From a virus (lineage: Duplodnaviria > Caudoviricetes): 31,741 bases of DNA. The notes under the pieces were generated by a model, which did no database searches, was not told the DNA's origin, and saw only the letters and a program-made list of their open reading frames with translations. Numbering within the stretch: position 1 is the stretch's first letter; every line of letters begins with the position of its first letter. Positions 1-8,882 of the stretch are shown one piece after another. Location: positions 1 to 31,741 of IMG/VR virus record IMGVR_UViG_3300046779_000648; one strand, written 5' to 3'. Made by a program: the position numbers and the translations under genes.

Positions 1-176
1 TTCCGAAATGGTCAGATCAACGATGTCGCCAACTTCGACAGCCAGTGCAGTCAGCCCGAATTCAGCCGAAATGGTCATCTGTTCACGCGATCTGAACAAA
101 GCCTGTTTGGCAATGCGCTGGGCGCGTGCGCTGTCTGTCACCATAGGTAGCGGCAGATCCATGGTGTTCTCAATGC
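1..176. repeat. Terminal direct repeat (circular assembly overlap), copy 1
   Basis: Matches 31566-31741 except at positions 46 (t vs c) and 49 (a vs c); 50-176 is an exact 127-bp match. Confidence 0.95.
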
Positions 177-1296
177 CAGCGTCTTCTACAGTCAGGAATG
201 TCGTGCTTTCGATGGCCGGATAATCGTTTTCAATCCAGCCCTGTGTTCCATCAATGAATGTGCCGATCACGCGATTGAAGTTATCGCGCCGGGACATCCT
301 TGTCGGCAGCGTGATCCCGCTGCGAAGATCATCCAGCGTGAACGATTTGACAGACGGCTCATATACGCCGACACGCAGCTTCCACTTGCCGCCTGAGTAA
401 TACAAAGCGCCATTGCAAGACTGCATCATGTCAGACAGCGCGCCGCCGATGGTCGATTCAGCGCGCACAACGCCATTGATAGTGTATCGCGTTTGCGTGC
501 CGCCTTCGGCCAGCGCGATGGCGTCATCACAATCGTTGGCAGCAACGGAAAAATAAGTCGGATCAAATCTGGAATCGGCCAGGCCGAAGGATGAAGTGAT
601 ATAATCCAGAATGCACAGAGCGGCATTGTCCGACCACTGCGTCAGATCAGTTCGCGGGTCATAAACCTTGCGGCCTTTGACAACAGCGGTGAATATCGGA
701 ATCCCGGCGCTGAAGGCTTCCAGGTCATATTCCATCCTGACATAAAGATATGCGATGCCATAGCCAACGAAATCAGCGGAAACGCCGGCTTCGGAAACAA
801 GCGTTGGATCTGCTGCCGTTTGCGATCCGTCATATTTCTTGATCTTCAGTTTCCCACGCCAGCGGGCATCAGTGACAAGGCCTGTCCCGTCAATGGTAAC
901 GATTTCATCATTGACATAGATGTCACCGATTTCTTCAACTTCATGGCCAGCCAGAACGATCACAACATGAAGAATCTTGTTGTTGTCTGCATTCTGCCCA
1001 GTGCTGCTTTCTTTGATGAATGTTGTAGTGCCGCCTTTTCGGACTTGGCCATAAACATATTCCTGCGAACCAGCGGCTTCGCGGATGTTCAGAAGCGTGC
1101 CTTTGTTCTGAACGGTCGCAGTCGCCTGCGGTGACATTTTGCGAAGTGCCGCCACCGTCAGCGCGGTATAGGCCGCATAACCAATGATTGTGGCATAACT
1201 GATGGCAGTTGCCGTGCCTGCAATCACTACAGTGAATGCCGTTGCTGACAGTGCTGGGACCAGCAACGCAACGGCTGCAACGGCTAACTGCGGCAT
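1..1296 (-). CDS. Tail tip / host-specificity protein (gpJ-like), N-terminal part; continues at 31565..30003, about 952 aa total
   Basis: Missing from the ORF track because it runs off the edge. Segments read by hand: MPQLAVAAVALL...YVYGQVRKGG...LHVVIVLAGHEVEEIGDIYVNDE...GIPIFTAVVKGRKVYDPR...WSDNAALCILDY. Joins in frame with ISEYGW of ORF 30003..31727. Confidence 0.9.
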   Translation of the reverse strand, partial: MPQLAVAAVALLVPALSATAFTVVIAGTATAISYATIIGYAAYTALTVAALRKMSPQATATVQNKGTLLNIREAAGSQEYVYGQVRKGGTTTFIKESSTGQNADNNKILHVVIVLAGHEVEEIGDIYVNDEIVTIDGTGLVTDARWRGKLKIKKYDGSQTAADPTLVSEAGVSADFVGYGIAYLYVRMEYDLEAFSAGIPIFTAVVKGRKVYDPRTDLTQWSDNAALCILDYITSSFGLADSRFDPTYFSVAANDCDDAIALAEGGTQTRYTINGVVRAESTIGGALSDMMQSCNGALYYSGGKWKLRVGVYEPSVKSFTLDDLRSGITLPTRMSRRDNFNRVIGTFIDGTQGWIENDYPAIESTTFLTVEDAGIENTMDLPLPMVTDSARAQRIAKQALFRSREQMTISAEFGLTALAVEVGDIVDLTISE

Positions 1297-1700
1297 TTCA
1301 CCCAGGCTCCATCAATTTCATTTATTGGCGCATATACTACACTTTGCTCAGACAGAAAAACAGCGTTCACACCCATGGCGATTCCCATGGCATAACCAGT
1401 GAAATACGGTCTGGCCGATTTATTGATGACAAGCGCGCCACGCGGCGGGATTCCGTCGAATCTGCAAAGCACCGTATCAAGCGCAGTGACCAGATCATCA
1501 GACCCGAAAGCGTCCTTCATCGCCTTCGAGAATGCACGCTTTTTCAGCCCGGCATATTTCCCGATGAACTGATCCGCATATCCATGGCCGTGCATGACAT
1601 GCCAGGCCCCATTGGTGAATGTGAAGCAGTCATGTTCGCCAAGCATGAACTGCCTGCCGTTCTGCGCCTTCACATAGTCGATCAGGCTTTGCGGCCCCAT
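1284..1700 (-). CDS. Tail-tip associated NlpC/P60-like (DUF6950-like) protein
   Basis: F.LGEHDCFTF motif; position just upstream of the tip gene. Confidence 0.7.
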   Translation of the reverse strand: MGPQSLIDYVKAQNGRQFMLGEHDCFTFTNGAWHVMHGHGYADQFIGKYAGLKKRAFSKAMKDAFGSDDLVTALDTVLCRFDGIPPRGALVINKSARPYFTGYAMGIAMGVNAVFLSEQSVVYAPINEIDGAWVKCRS

Positions 1701-2230
1701 ACGACTTCCTTGTCTTGCAGATCAGTGACGTAATCAAAGAAGGTGTCGGTCGGATAGCGCAGCTTGTGGTTCGCTGACGTATAGCGGCGGACATTCGGCC
1801 GCTGCAAAGTGACAAGCTTGCTTTCCACCGAAAGCGACACCCTGACGCTTTCTCCACTATGCTCAATGGTCATCACATCCATCAGACCGCTAAACACTTC
1901 CAGCGCGTCAGTGACACCTTCAACGCCGAAATATACGCGGGCTTCGCGCCCTTGATATGGTTCTGTCAGTGCCAGCGAAAGCATTGTCGCAGGAATCCCG
2001 ACAAGCGAAAGCGTGATGCCGGATGCGGTCAGATCCGCGACCTCTGTGATGCCTTCAATGTTCAGAAGCGTGCCGCCGCCAACGTATGTTTCGCCGTTGA
2101 TGGTCTTGTCACCGTATCCGGTCCACATGCGGAAAGCGCCGCTGTCGAACATCAATTCGACGGCATAAAAGATGGTGATGGTATCGCCAGAAAGCGTTGA
2201 AATCATTCCGGCTGGAAGCGTGCGGCTCAT
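1682..2230 (-). CDS. Minor tail / baseplate hub protein
   Basis: 182 aa with WTGYGD, Y.G.G.LL and RRYT...YP.D..FDYV motifs; synteny. Confidence 0.75.
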   Translation of the reverse strand: MSRTLPAGMISTLSGDTITIFYAVELMFDSGAFRMWTGYGDKTINGETYVGGGTLLNIEGITEVADLTASGITLSLVGIPATMLSLALTEPYQGREARVYFGVEGVTDALEVFSGLMDVMTIEHSGESVRVSLSVESKLVTLQRPNVRRYTSANHKLRYPTDTFFDYVTDLQDKEVVWGRKA

Positions 2231-2844
2231 ATTGCCTCCATCGCGCCAAACGTGATGCCATAGATCGATGCTTCACTGATCGACCATGTTGTTTCATTGG
2301 ATGACAGGCGGAATCGGCCGACAGCATTGGTGACAGTCACTGCCGCATTGTCGGCCGGCGCTGTTCTGACGTGCGGCCAAAGGGAAAGCGTCACCTGGCC
2401 GCTGCCATTGCTGTTGGCATTCGCCAGAACCTTGTGCAGCGTTGCGGTGCTGCCAGATCCAAGCTGGATATAGTCGCCGGCCTTCAGCCAATTCGTTACG
2501 TTGGCTGTGCAGCCATCGATCTGCAATGTCTCGCCAGTTTGGCCAGCGCCATTGACCAGAGGCGTGCCACCGATGCTGCCTTGCGGTGTCGCGCAGAGCG
2601 GATCGCCAAGCAGGAATGTCCCGAACTTGCCACGCAGGCTGACAAGCCATGCGACCCAGATTTCGGCATCTGCACGCTTCATAGGCGGCAATGTTACATC
2701 AGCCTGCCACATCTGCCCGGCGCTGGCCTGCGCCTGCCCGGAAAACGTGAATGGCGACATTTCATATATCACCGCGTTGATCGCCCGCAGCTCAACGCTG
2801 CGGATTCCAGAATGTGCCGGCAATGTGAGCGGATAAGTTGTCAT
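2227..2844 (-). CDS. Distal tail protein (Dit-like)
   Basis: SPFTFSGQ, W.A.VTLPPM, LRG..GTFLLGDP motifs; directly follows tape measure. Confidence 0.75.
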   Translation of the reverse strand: MTTYPLTLPAHSGIRSVELRAINAVIYEMSPFTFSGQAQASAGQMWQADVTLPPMKRADAEIWVAWLVSLRGKFGTFLLGDPLCATPQGSIGGTPLVNGAGQTGETLQIDGCTANVTNWLKAGDYIQLGSGSTATLHKVLANANSNGSGQVTLSLWPHVRTAPADNAAVTVTNAVGRFRLSSNETTWSISEASIYGITFGAMEAI

Positions 2845-4238
2845 GCGAAGCCCATCCCGTTAACGCTGCGGCGCTGTGCATCAAAGACTGCGTTCTTGGC
2901 GCTTTCAGCGATCTGCGGCATCAGCGACCTGATTTCGCTTCTGACAGTTTGCTGAACACCAGTCGAAACATTGATGTTCTGCACAACGGTCACGCCATTG
3001 CCGCCCATCTTTCCATTCGGGACGATAGCGCCGCTGCGCCCAGGGATCATCAATTCTGGCCCGCGTTCACCGACGATATATGGACGGCCACCTGTCACGC
3101 TGCCGCCCTTCGCACGGAAGCCAAGCTGCGCTCCCACGCCTGGGAAGATCCCGCCAAACATGCCAGCGATGCCGTTGACGATCTGTTGCACCACCAAGAT
3201 TTCATATAGCTTCAGGATGATTGCCCGCGCCATGTCCTTGAATGCTTGCTGTGCTGTCTTTGTCCCGTCGATCATCGACATGAACGCATCAGACATTGAC
3301 GATTTGATGCTGTCACCAAGCGCTTTCATGTTTTCAACAGCGGGCTGGATCTTTTCAGTCACCGCATTCGCTGCTTTCGTTCCGGCTTCTTCAGCGGCTG
3401 TGCCTGCCTGCTCGAAATAATCGCGGATGTCGATGGACCTGACGTTTTCAAGCGCGTCAACGATTGTTCCGCTAAAACCGCGCGAATCTTCCACAAGTCT
3501 GCGTGCCGCTTCTGCTTGCGACTCATAAGATGCCGCGACTTCACGCAGGCTTTGAGCCATTGTCGAGCCTTCAAACAGCCCTTCAGCGGGCTGGCCAGAA
3601 ATTGCATCAACCATGTCCTGATAAGATGCGCGTGCGCGCAAAGCGGCTGCTTCGACATCAAGACCGAATGCCCTAAACCGCCTTCCGATATTCTCCAAAG
3701 CAACGCGGAATGCCTCTGGCAATGCGCCAACGACAACTGCAAGCTGGTTCAACGCGTTGATCACCAAGTTGATAAGATCAATTATTGCGTTCATCGCCCA
3801 TCGCAGCACAGAAACAACAGTTCTAAAAACAGCCATCACAGGCTGCATCAGCGGCTGAATGTCAGCGGCGAATTTCTTGAAGTTGAAAGACATGTCATTG
3901 ACGTTGCCAGACACGCCGAGAATGGCAGCGCCGACAGCGATGATCGCGCCAATGATAGCGCCACGCGCGCCGAAGATGCTCAAGGCCTGCGGTGCTTGCT
4001 GCCCGAATGCTGTCAACGCGGATGTGCCGTTGCCGACCTGAACAGCGAAGTCCTGAACCTGAAAGCCGATCTGGCTGGCCATTGACCCGAAGTTGCGTGT
4101 CCCGGCCTGCGCCCTAACATATTCAGAATTCGTCCTGCGAACCGCTGCGGCTGTTCTGTCAAGTTGGGTTTGGACATTCCGCAGCGGTGCAGTCGCGCGG
4201 TCGATGGCCTGCAACTCAAATACGAGTCTTTCGCTCAT
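2841..4238 (-). CDS. Tape measure protein (short, 465 aa)
   Basis: QIGFQVQDFAVQV...QQAPQ lambda-type N-terminal motif; Ala-rich; C-terminal GG.V...YIVGERGPEL motif. Confidence 0.9.
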   Translation of the reverse strand: MSERLVFELQAIDRATAPLRNVQTQLDRTAAAVRRTNSEYVRAQAGTRNFGSMASQIGFQVQDFAVQVGNGTSALTAFGQQAPQALSIFGARGAIIGAIIAVGAAILGVSGNVNDMSFNFKKFAADIQPLMQPVMAVFRTVVSVLRWAMNAIIDLINLVINALNQLAVVVGALPEAFRVALENIGRRFRAFGLDVEAAALRARASYQDMVDAISGQPAEGLFEGSTMAQSLREVAASYESQAEAARRLVEDSRGFSGTIVDALENVRSIDIRDYFEQAGTAAEEAGTKAANAVTEKIQPAVENMKALGDSIKSSMSDAFMSMIDGTKTAQQAFKDMARAIILKLYEILVVQQIVNGIAGMFGGIFPGVGAQLGFRAKGGSVTGGRPYIVGERGPELMIPGRSGAIVPNGKMGGNGVTVVQNINVSTGVQQTVRSEIRSLMPQIAESAKNAVFDAQRRSVNGMGFA

Positions 4239-4380
4239 TCTCCTCGCGCTCCTTCAGCACTTCAAAGTAAGCAACCCATTCATTATACTCATCCAGCGAT
4301 ATTTCCTCAATCTCGCCTATGGTCTTGCCCAATCTGTCAGCCAACGTGACAAGATTGAACCTGAATGGGTTGCTCTTTAG
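4216..4380 (-). CDS. Tail assembly chaperone frameshift extension (gpT-like), 54 aa
   Basis: The -1 frame after slippery A AAA AAC (4386-4380) reads LKSNPFRFNLVTLADRLGKTIGEIEEISLDEYNEWVAYFEVLKEREENERKTRI*. Confidence 0.8.
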   Translation of the reverse strand, partial: LKSNPFRFNLVTLADRLGKTIGEIEEISLDEYNEWVAYFEVLKEREENERKTRI

Positions 4381-4721
4381 TTTTTTGCGTGTTCCTCAGT
4401 GCTGTTTGCGTTGAAGACAGCGCCAAACACATTCGCAATCACGCCAATCGGTTCACCCATCAACACAACTTTATCTTCCAGCGTGAAAACGCGATCACCT
4501 TTTTCGTCTTCACATTTCTCGATCAGCATTTCGACCATCGCGCCAAGGGACGTATTGGTCAGAAAGTCTTTATACTTGCGCTGGATCTTTTCAATGTCAC
4601 GCGCGCTGACAGAACGGAAAAAGAGGCGAAGCGGCACGCCGTCCTCGCCCCATTCTTCAACGTCAACGAATCCACGCTGCTGGTCAGCCCGTTTGGAAGC
4701 GATGCGCTTTGCGATGCTCAT
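4377..4721 (-). CDS. Tail assembly chaperone (gpG-like)
   Basis: Between tail tube and tape measure; EEWG, DEKGDRVFT motifs; ends AKN* at a slippery site. Confidence 0.85.
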   Translation of the reverse strand: MSIAKRIASKRADQQRGFVDVEEWGEDGVPLRLFFRSVSARDIEKIQRKYKDFLTNTSLGAMVEMLIEKCEDEKGDRVFTLEDKVVLMGEPIGVIANVFGAVFNANSTEEHAKN

Positions 4722-5113
4722 TAGGCCACCGTGGTCTGGGTCAACGCGCCAGTGCCTTGCACCGTGATCGACATTTCAACCAGGCCATCATATGAACCCG
4801 AAATCGAGCGGCCCGTGACAATGGCGGTCCCGGTCAGGTAAGTGTCGCCAGTCGTGCTGCCTTCAGGATAAAGATTCAGCGTGACGGAAGCGCCAATGGT
4901 CAGCGCGCCCTGGCCAGTGGTGTCGGTTTCATCCCACAGGACATCAATCGACCCGGTGTAAGTCGTCAGCGACGGCTTATAGGTCCGGGCAGTGTCGCCC
5001 ATCGTGGTGTCTTCCAGCGTGTCCGCCGTTTCCTCGATGGAATACGACCGAATTTCCGCAATTGCGTTAGCCCCGACTTTGACGGTGCCTTCGCTGCCAG
5101 CGTGCGTTGCCAT
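4721..5113 (-). CDS. Major tail tube protein
   Basis: 130 aa Thr/Gly-rich; EDTTMGD, LYPEG, GLVEMSITVQGTGAL; GGAGG RBS. Confidence 0.85.
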   Translation of the reverse strand: MATHAGSEGTVKVGANAIAEIRSYSIEETADTLEDTTMGDTARTYKPSLTTYTGSIDVLWDETDTTGQGALTIGASVTLNLYPEGSTTGDTYLTGTAIVTGRSISGSYDGLVEMSITVQGTGALTQTTVA

Positions 5114-5126
5114 AGCAGGAGCCTCC

Positions 5127-5585
5127 TTATTTGGCTGTTTCTACGTCAGTTAGACTTGTGACATAACGGACTGCAAATGTCATCGTTGCGATGCCAACAG
5201 GCTGTTCCGTCTCACCTGAAAAACCAATGCTGGTGGATGTTAGCACTGAATGCTTCGCAATGCCACCAAGCGTGAAATCCGCGCCAATTGCTTCTTCGAC
5301 CTGGACTGCAATCGCATCAACTGCGCTATCCAAAGAAGCCGTGGCGTTTTCATAGATCGACACCGAAATTTCAACTGTGCGATCCATAGACTTCGCGCCC
5401 ATGGTCGCGCCAATCGTCATCAATTCGGATGATTCAGAATTCGCGGTGACAGTGATGGCTGGCAGCTTGGCTTGCGTCAGCGGATAAACGCGCGTGGCAT
5501 AAACCCGGCTGGAAACAAGCGGCACGCCAGCGGTCAGGACCGACACGAATTGATCGCGTATCTGTTTCCTGACATGCGACATCAC
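5127..5585 (-). CDS. Tail terminator / completion protein (gpU-like)
   Basis: HVRKQIRD...RVY.L....LPAI motif; precedes tail tube; start 5585 or 5582. Confidence 0.75.
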   Translation of the reverse strand: MMSHVRKQIRDQFVSVLTAGVPLVSSRVYATRVYPLTQAKLPAITVTANSESSELMTIGATMGAKSMDRTVEISVSIYENATASLDSAVDAIAVQVEEAIGADFTLGGIAKHSVLTSTSIGFSGETEQPVGIATMTFAVRYVTSLTDVETAK

Positions 5586-5878
5586 TGCTTCTCCAACTGC
5601 ACAACGGTCACGCCTGTTCCGTCATGAATCCATGCGCGGATCTTATACGTCACGCCGGAAATGACCATCGACTGATCTTCCGCGATGCTGGGCAGATCAG
5701 ATGTTTTGCAAGTCAGGCGCGGCTGTTCCTGATGAACAGAAACAAAGCCGCCAGCTTCCACTGGCACAGTCTCATTGTCGAAGATGCCGTTGATCGTCCC
5801 GCCGCTATAAGTGACAGCCACCGCGAATTCATCGATGTTCATCAGCGTTGTCAGATCGGCGGCAAGCGGAAGCGGCAT
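5582..5878 (-). CDS. Head-tail joining protein (gpFII-like)
   Basis: DEFA...I.GIFD...DGTGVT..QLE motif; synteny. Confidence 0.75.
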   Translation of the reverse strand: MPLPLAADLTTLMNIDEFAVAVTYSGGTINGIFDNETVPVEAGGFVSVHQEQPRLTCKTSDLPSIAEDQSMVISGVTYKIRAWIHDGTGVTVVQLEKQ

Positions 5879-5880
5879 AA

Positions 5881-6093
5881 TCAGAACCTTTTGCGGCGCG
5901 AAACTTTAGGCGCATCGCTGGCAGTCAGCCCAACGCTGCGATCCATGTTTTCTTGCGGAACAGTGTCAGCAACTGGCTGGACGCGGCCCATCGCTGCCAG
6001 CGATCTGCCTTCAGATTCCGTCAATTCGATGATTTCACCTGCCGATCTGGCAACACCGCCAGCAACGCAGGATTTCATGACCAGATAAGCCAT
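5881..6093 (-). CDS. Small virion/packaging accessory protein, 70 aa
   Basis: AGGAG RBS before ATG 6093 (MAYLVMKSC...AGEIIEL...L.AMGR); basic C-terminus; follows capsid. Confidence 0.7.
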   Translation of the reverse strand: MAYLVMKSCVAGGVARSAGEIIELTESEGRSLAAMGRVQPVADTVPQENMDRSVGLTASDAPKVSRRKRF

Positions 6094-6112
6094 TTTAACT
6101 CCTGATGAAGGC

Positions 6113-6136
6113 TGGGGGCGACCGAAGCCGCCCCCA
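6113..6136 (-). terminator. GC hairpin with UUCG loop after the capsid gene (weak terminator or mRNA stabiliser)
   Basis: TGGGGGCGGC-TTCG-GTCGCCCCCA; no strong U-tract. Confidence 0.6.
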
Positions 6137-6152
6137 TTCCATTTCAAGACCA

Positions 6153-8882
6153 TCACACGCCGTCGTTGTTGTAGGCAAACGACACGGCATGGCGGACAGC
6201 CACGTCAACCGTTTGCAGCGCGCGGATGCGGACAGTCCCCGACGAAGACGAAGTGTAGGGGTCAACCAGGATGTCCAGACCGCCATACATGCCGATCAGC
6301 AGATCCGCGAAGTTGCCGAAGAACAGGTCACCGGAAGTGACCTGGTTCGAGACAATCGCGCGATAGCCGTTGATCGTGCCACCCGGCTCAACAACGAACT
6401 GAGCAGCGCCAGAGGCTTTGTCAGTCGTTTTCAGAGCGCCATACATGGACGCGGGCAGGATGTATGCCAGGTTGCCAAGAAGCGCGTTGTCTTCGGCCAC
6501 AGCGGTTTCCAGAGCCACGACTTCAGCGAAAGTCGGGGTGGCCGCAGCAAACGAAGTCGGCTTGTTGACACCGCTGGTGTTCTTGATGCCAGTGGGCTGG
6601 CCCGAAGAACCCGAACCCTGCAGCGCGCCCAGGTCGATGGCGAGAGCGATAGCACGCGACAGATCGTCACGAACCAGCGCTTCGATGTCGGGCGAAGACT
6701 GCATCATCATCAGGCGGGTGATGTCGGTGAACGCACCCAGCGTCTTCGGGGTCATCGTCACCTGACCGAAGGTCGGTTCCGATTCCGAAGCCGCGCCGCC
6801 TTCCGTCGAAATCCAGCCAGCGGAAGCGCCAGCAGTTTTCTTCGGGATGGCGACATTGCCCTTCAGACCAGACAGCATGGTCGCGCCGGCTTGCATCACC
6901 GACGAAGCATTCCGCAGAACGTCGATGAAGTCGCCGCCACGGAAGTCCTGGGCGATCAGGCCCGAATCGTCCGAAGTGTTCAGGTCGCGCTTGGCCCACT
7001 GACGCAGCACGTCAGCCGGGATCATCAGGCCTTTGGCATCAACGCCAGCAGCACGCTGGGCAGCAGCCGAGGCTTCGAATTCGAAGCGGGCTTCTTCCTG
7101 GGCGCGGAAGTCGGTCGGATTCGCCATGGCGCGGATCGCGGCCATCAGCGAAAACTTGCGGACTTCTTTCCGGGTCATCCCGATGTCGGCAGTTTCCAGC
7201 GGCTTGTTGCCAATGGCTTCCAGCAGTTCGCCACGGAATTCCGTGAGCGAGCGGCCAGCGGCAATTGCCTTTTCAGCCAGATCGCGCTTGTTGTGGGTCG
7301 AGCCAAGACGGATCATCTCAGCGGCTTCTTTGGCAGCGGAACGGGCAGCTTCGGCCTTGACCGCTTCCAGATCAAATTCAGCCATTTCGGCCTCCTTGAT
7401 AGGGGTTGCAGGGATGGTGGTGGTCAGGTCGTCAGCCGCTGCCCTACCAACGCCGACTGTCCTGTCTGCGGGGATAGAAACAATGGAAACTTCCATGGGC
7501 GTCCAAGAAGTGGCGCGATAAGTATCTTTGCCTTCCTTGTCCAACTTGTTGATCTGATAGCCGACCGAAATATTCGCCCGGATTCCATCAGTCACATCAT
7601 CGAAAACTTCTTTGGCGAGTCCGTTTTTCCCAAAACGAACAGTCGCGCGGAGACGCCGCGCCGAGCCATCCAAAGCCACCGATTCCACAACGCCGATCTG
7701 TTTCGTTGGATCGTGATCCAACAACAGCGGCGCACGACCAGAATTCAAGAACGACAGATCAATGCTGCCGGGCTTGTGGTCGAGAATTTCAACACCGAAA
7801 GAACGGTCAACTGGTTCTTCCGATGAAACAGCGATCTTCACCCGGCGCGCATCAGCATCAATGACCTGATCATCCATCTGCATCGCACGGGTTTCGATAT
7901 TTTCGCGCGCATAGCGTGCCGATTCCATTTCAGGCTCATCATCCTGAACGGCATTCGGCTCAATGTTTTCTTCATCCGCCATTGCTGCGTCCTCCATTTC
8001 ACGGGAGATCATATCAAATTCGGTGCCGTCTTGCATAGACCGCGCGTCTTTTGTGGCAGGCTCAAATTCAATTGGCTCAAAGTTATTGCGTTTCAGCCAT
8101 GCTTTAGCCTGCGCGACAGTGAAAAACTGCGTGCGGAAGCGAATGGCCTGAATTTCGCTGGTTCCGTCTTTTACGCCAAAGATGAAATCAACACCCTGCC
8201 CGCCAGCGTCGTTGCGGCGGCGAAGAATGTCATATTGGCGCGGATCACGAATGCGCGCGGCATGCTCATTCGGATATGGCCGCTCACCTTGCTGGCGGAT
8301 CTGGCGAATCTTTGTCAGCGTCGAAAAGCGATGCCCGACCAGTGTTTCTGTTGGTTCGCCATCACGGAAAATTCGGATCAAAGCCGCCGGATCTTCTGGC
8401 GTTGCATTGATTGAAAATTCGCTGTCAGGGATTCCAAGAACGCCATCGCGCATGATGTGTTCGATCTGACCGCGCGCCATCCCGCCAGAAGAATCCCATT
8501 CAACGAAATCACCGATTTCCAGATCATCAGGCCCGGCACGATCCGACATCATGTCATCTTCCGCAGTTACGTCATCCATAGCGTCCAGAATGTTCTCGGC
8601 CCATTCCTCGCCTGCATCGCCGCCCCAAAGCGCCCAGGCAATGCGGCCATTAGACGGATATCCGTCTTCGCCAGGCCGGAATCCTTCCGCGTTCTTGTCA
8701 ACGCTATGTCGGGCAAAGAAGCTGAACATGCGCTTTACAGTATCAAGCGGCAGATTCTTCCCGTTCACGATGTCACGCGCGCGGGCGATGCCCACATCAG
8801 TGCCGCCGCGCCCGAACTCGCGCCGCCAATCAAGACCGCGCTGGGCTTCTTCTTGCATTGCAGATGTCGGCTTATACGCCAT
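6153..8882 (-). CDS. Polyprotein: three N-terminal accessory domains + HK97-type prohead protease + major capsid protein (909 aa from ATG 8882)
   Basis: Protease motifs SSEEPV, PLLLDHD, ISVGY, EVSIVSIPAD; HK97-fold capsid motifs PKTLGAFTDITR, QPTGI, FFGNF.DL, VDPY; internal SD+ATG at 7982 and 7385. Confidence 0.92.
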   Translation of the reverse strand: MAYKPTSAMQEEAQRGLDWRREFGRGGTDVGIARARDIVNGKNLPLDTVKRMFSFFARHSVDKNAEGFRPGEDGYPSNGRIAWALWGGDAGEEWAENILDAMDDVTAEDDMMSDRAGPDDLEIGDFVEWDSSGGMARGQIEHIMRDGVLGIPDSEFSINATPEDPAALIRIFRDGEPTETLVGHRFSTLTKIRQIRQQGERPYPNEHAARIRDPRQYDILRRRNDAGGQGVDFIFGVKDGTSEIQAIRFRTQFFTVAQAKAWLKRNNFEPIEFEPATKDARSMQDGTEFDMISREMEDAAMADEENIEPNAVQDDEPEMESARYARENIETRAMQMDDQVIDADARRVKIAVSSEEPVDRSFGVEILDHKPGSIDLSFLNSGRAPLLLDHDPTKQIGVVESVALDGSARRLRATVRFGKNGLAKEVFDDVTDGIRANISVGYQINKLDKEGKDTYRATSWTPMEVSIVSIPADRTVGVGRAAADDLTTTIPATPIKEAEMAEFDLEAVKAEAARSAAKEAAEMIRLGSTHNKRDLAEKAIAAGRSLTEFRGELLEAIGNKPLETADIGMTRKEVRKFSLMAAIRAMANPTDFRAQEEARFEFEASAAAQRAAGVDAKGLMIPADVLRQWAKRDLNTSDDSGLIAQDFRGGDFIDVLRNASSVMQAGATMLSGLKGNVAIPKKTAGASAGWISTEGGAASESEPTFGQVTMTPKTLGAFTDITRLMMMQSSPDIEALVRDDLSRAIALAIDLGALQGSGSSGQPTGIKNTSGVNKPTSFAAATPTFAEVVALETAVAEDNALLGNLAYILPASMYGALKTTDKASGAAQFVVEPGGTINGYRAIVSNQVTSGDLFFGNFADLLIGMYGGLDILVDPYTSSSSGTVRIRALQTVDVAVRHAVSFAYNNDGV

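Noticed and set aside
6105-7826. 573-aa plus-strand ORF
   Set aside because: Antisense shadow of the capsid/protease gene with no motifs; expected in high-GC biased codon usage
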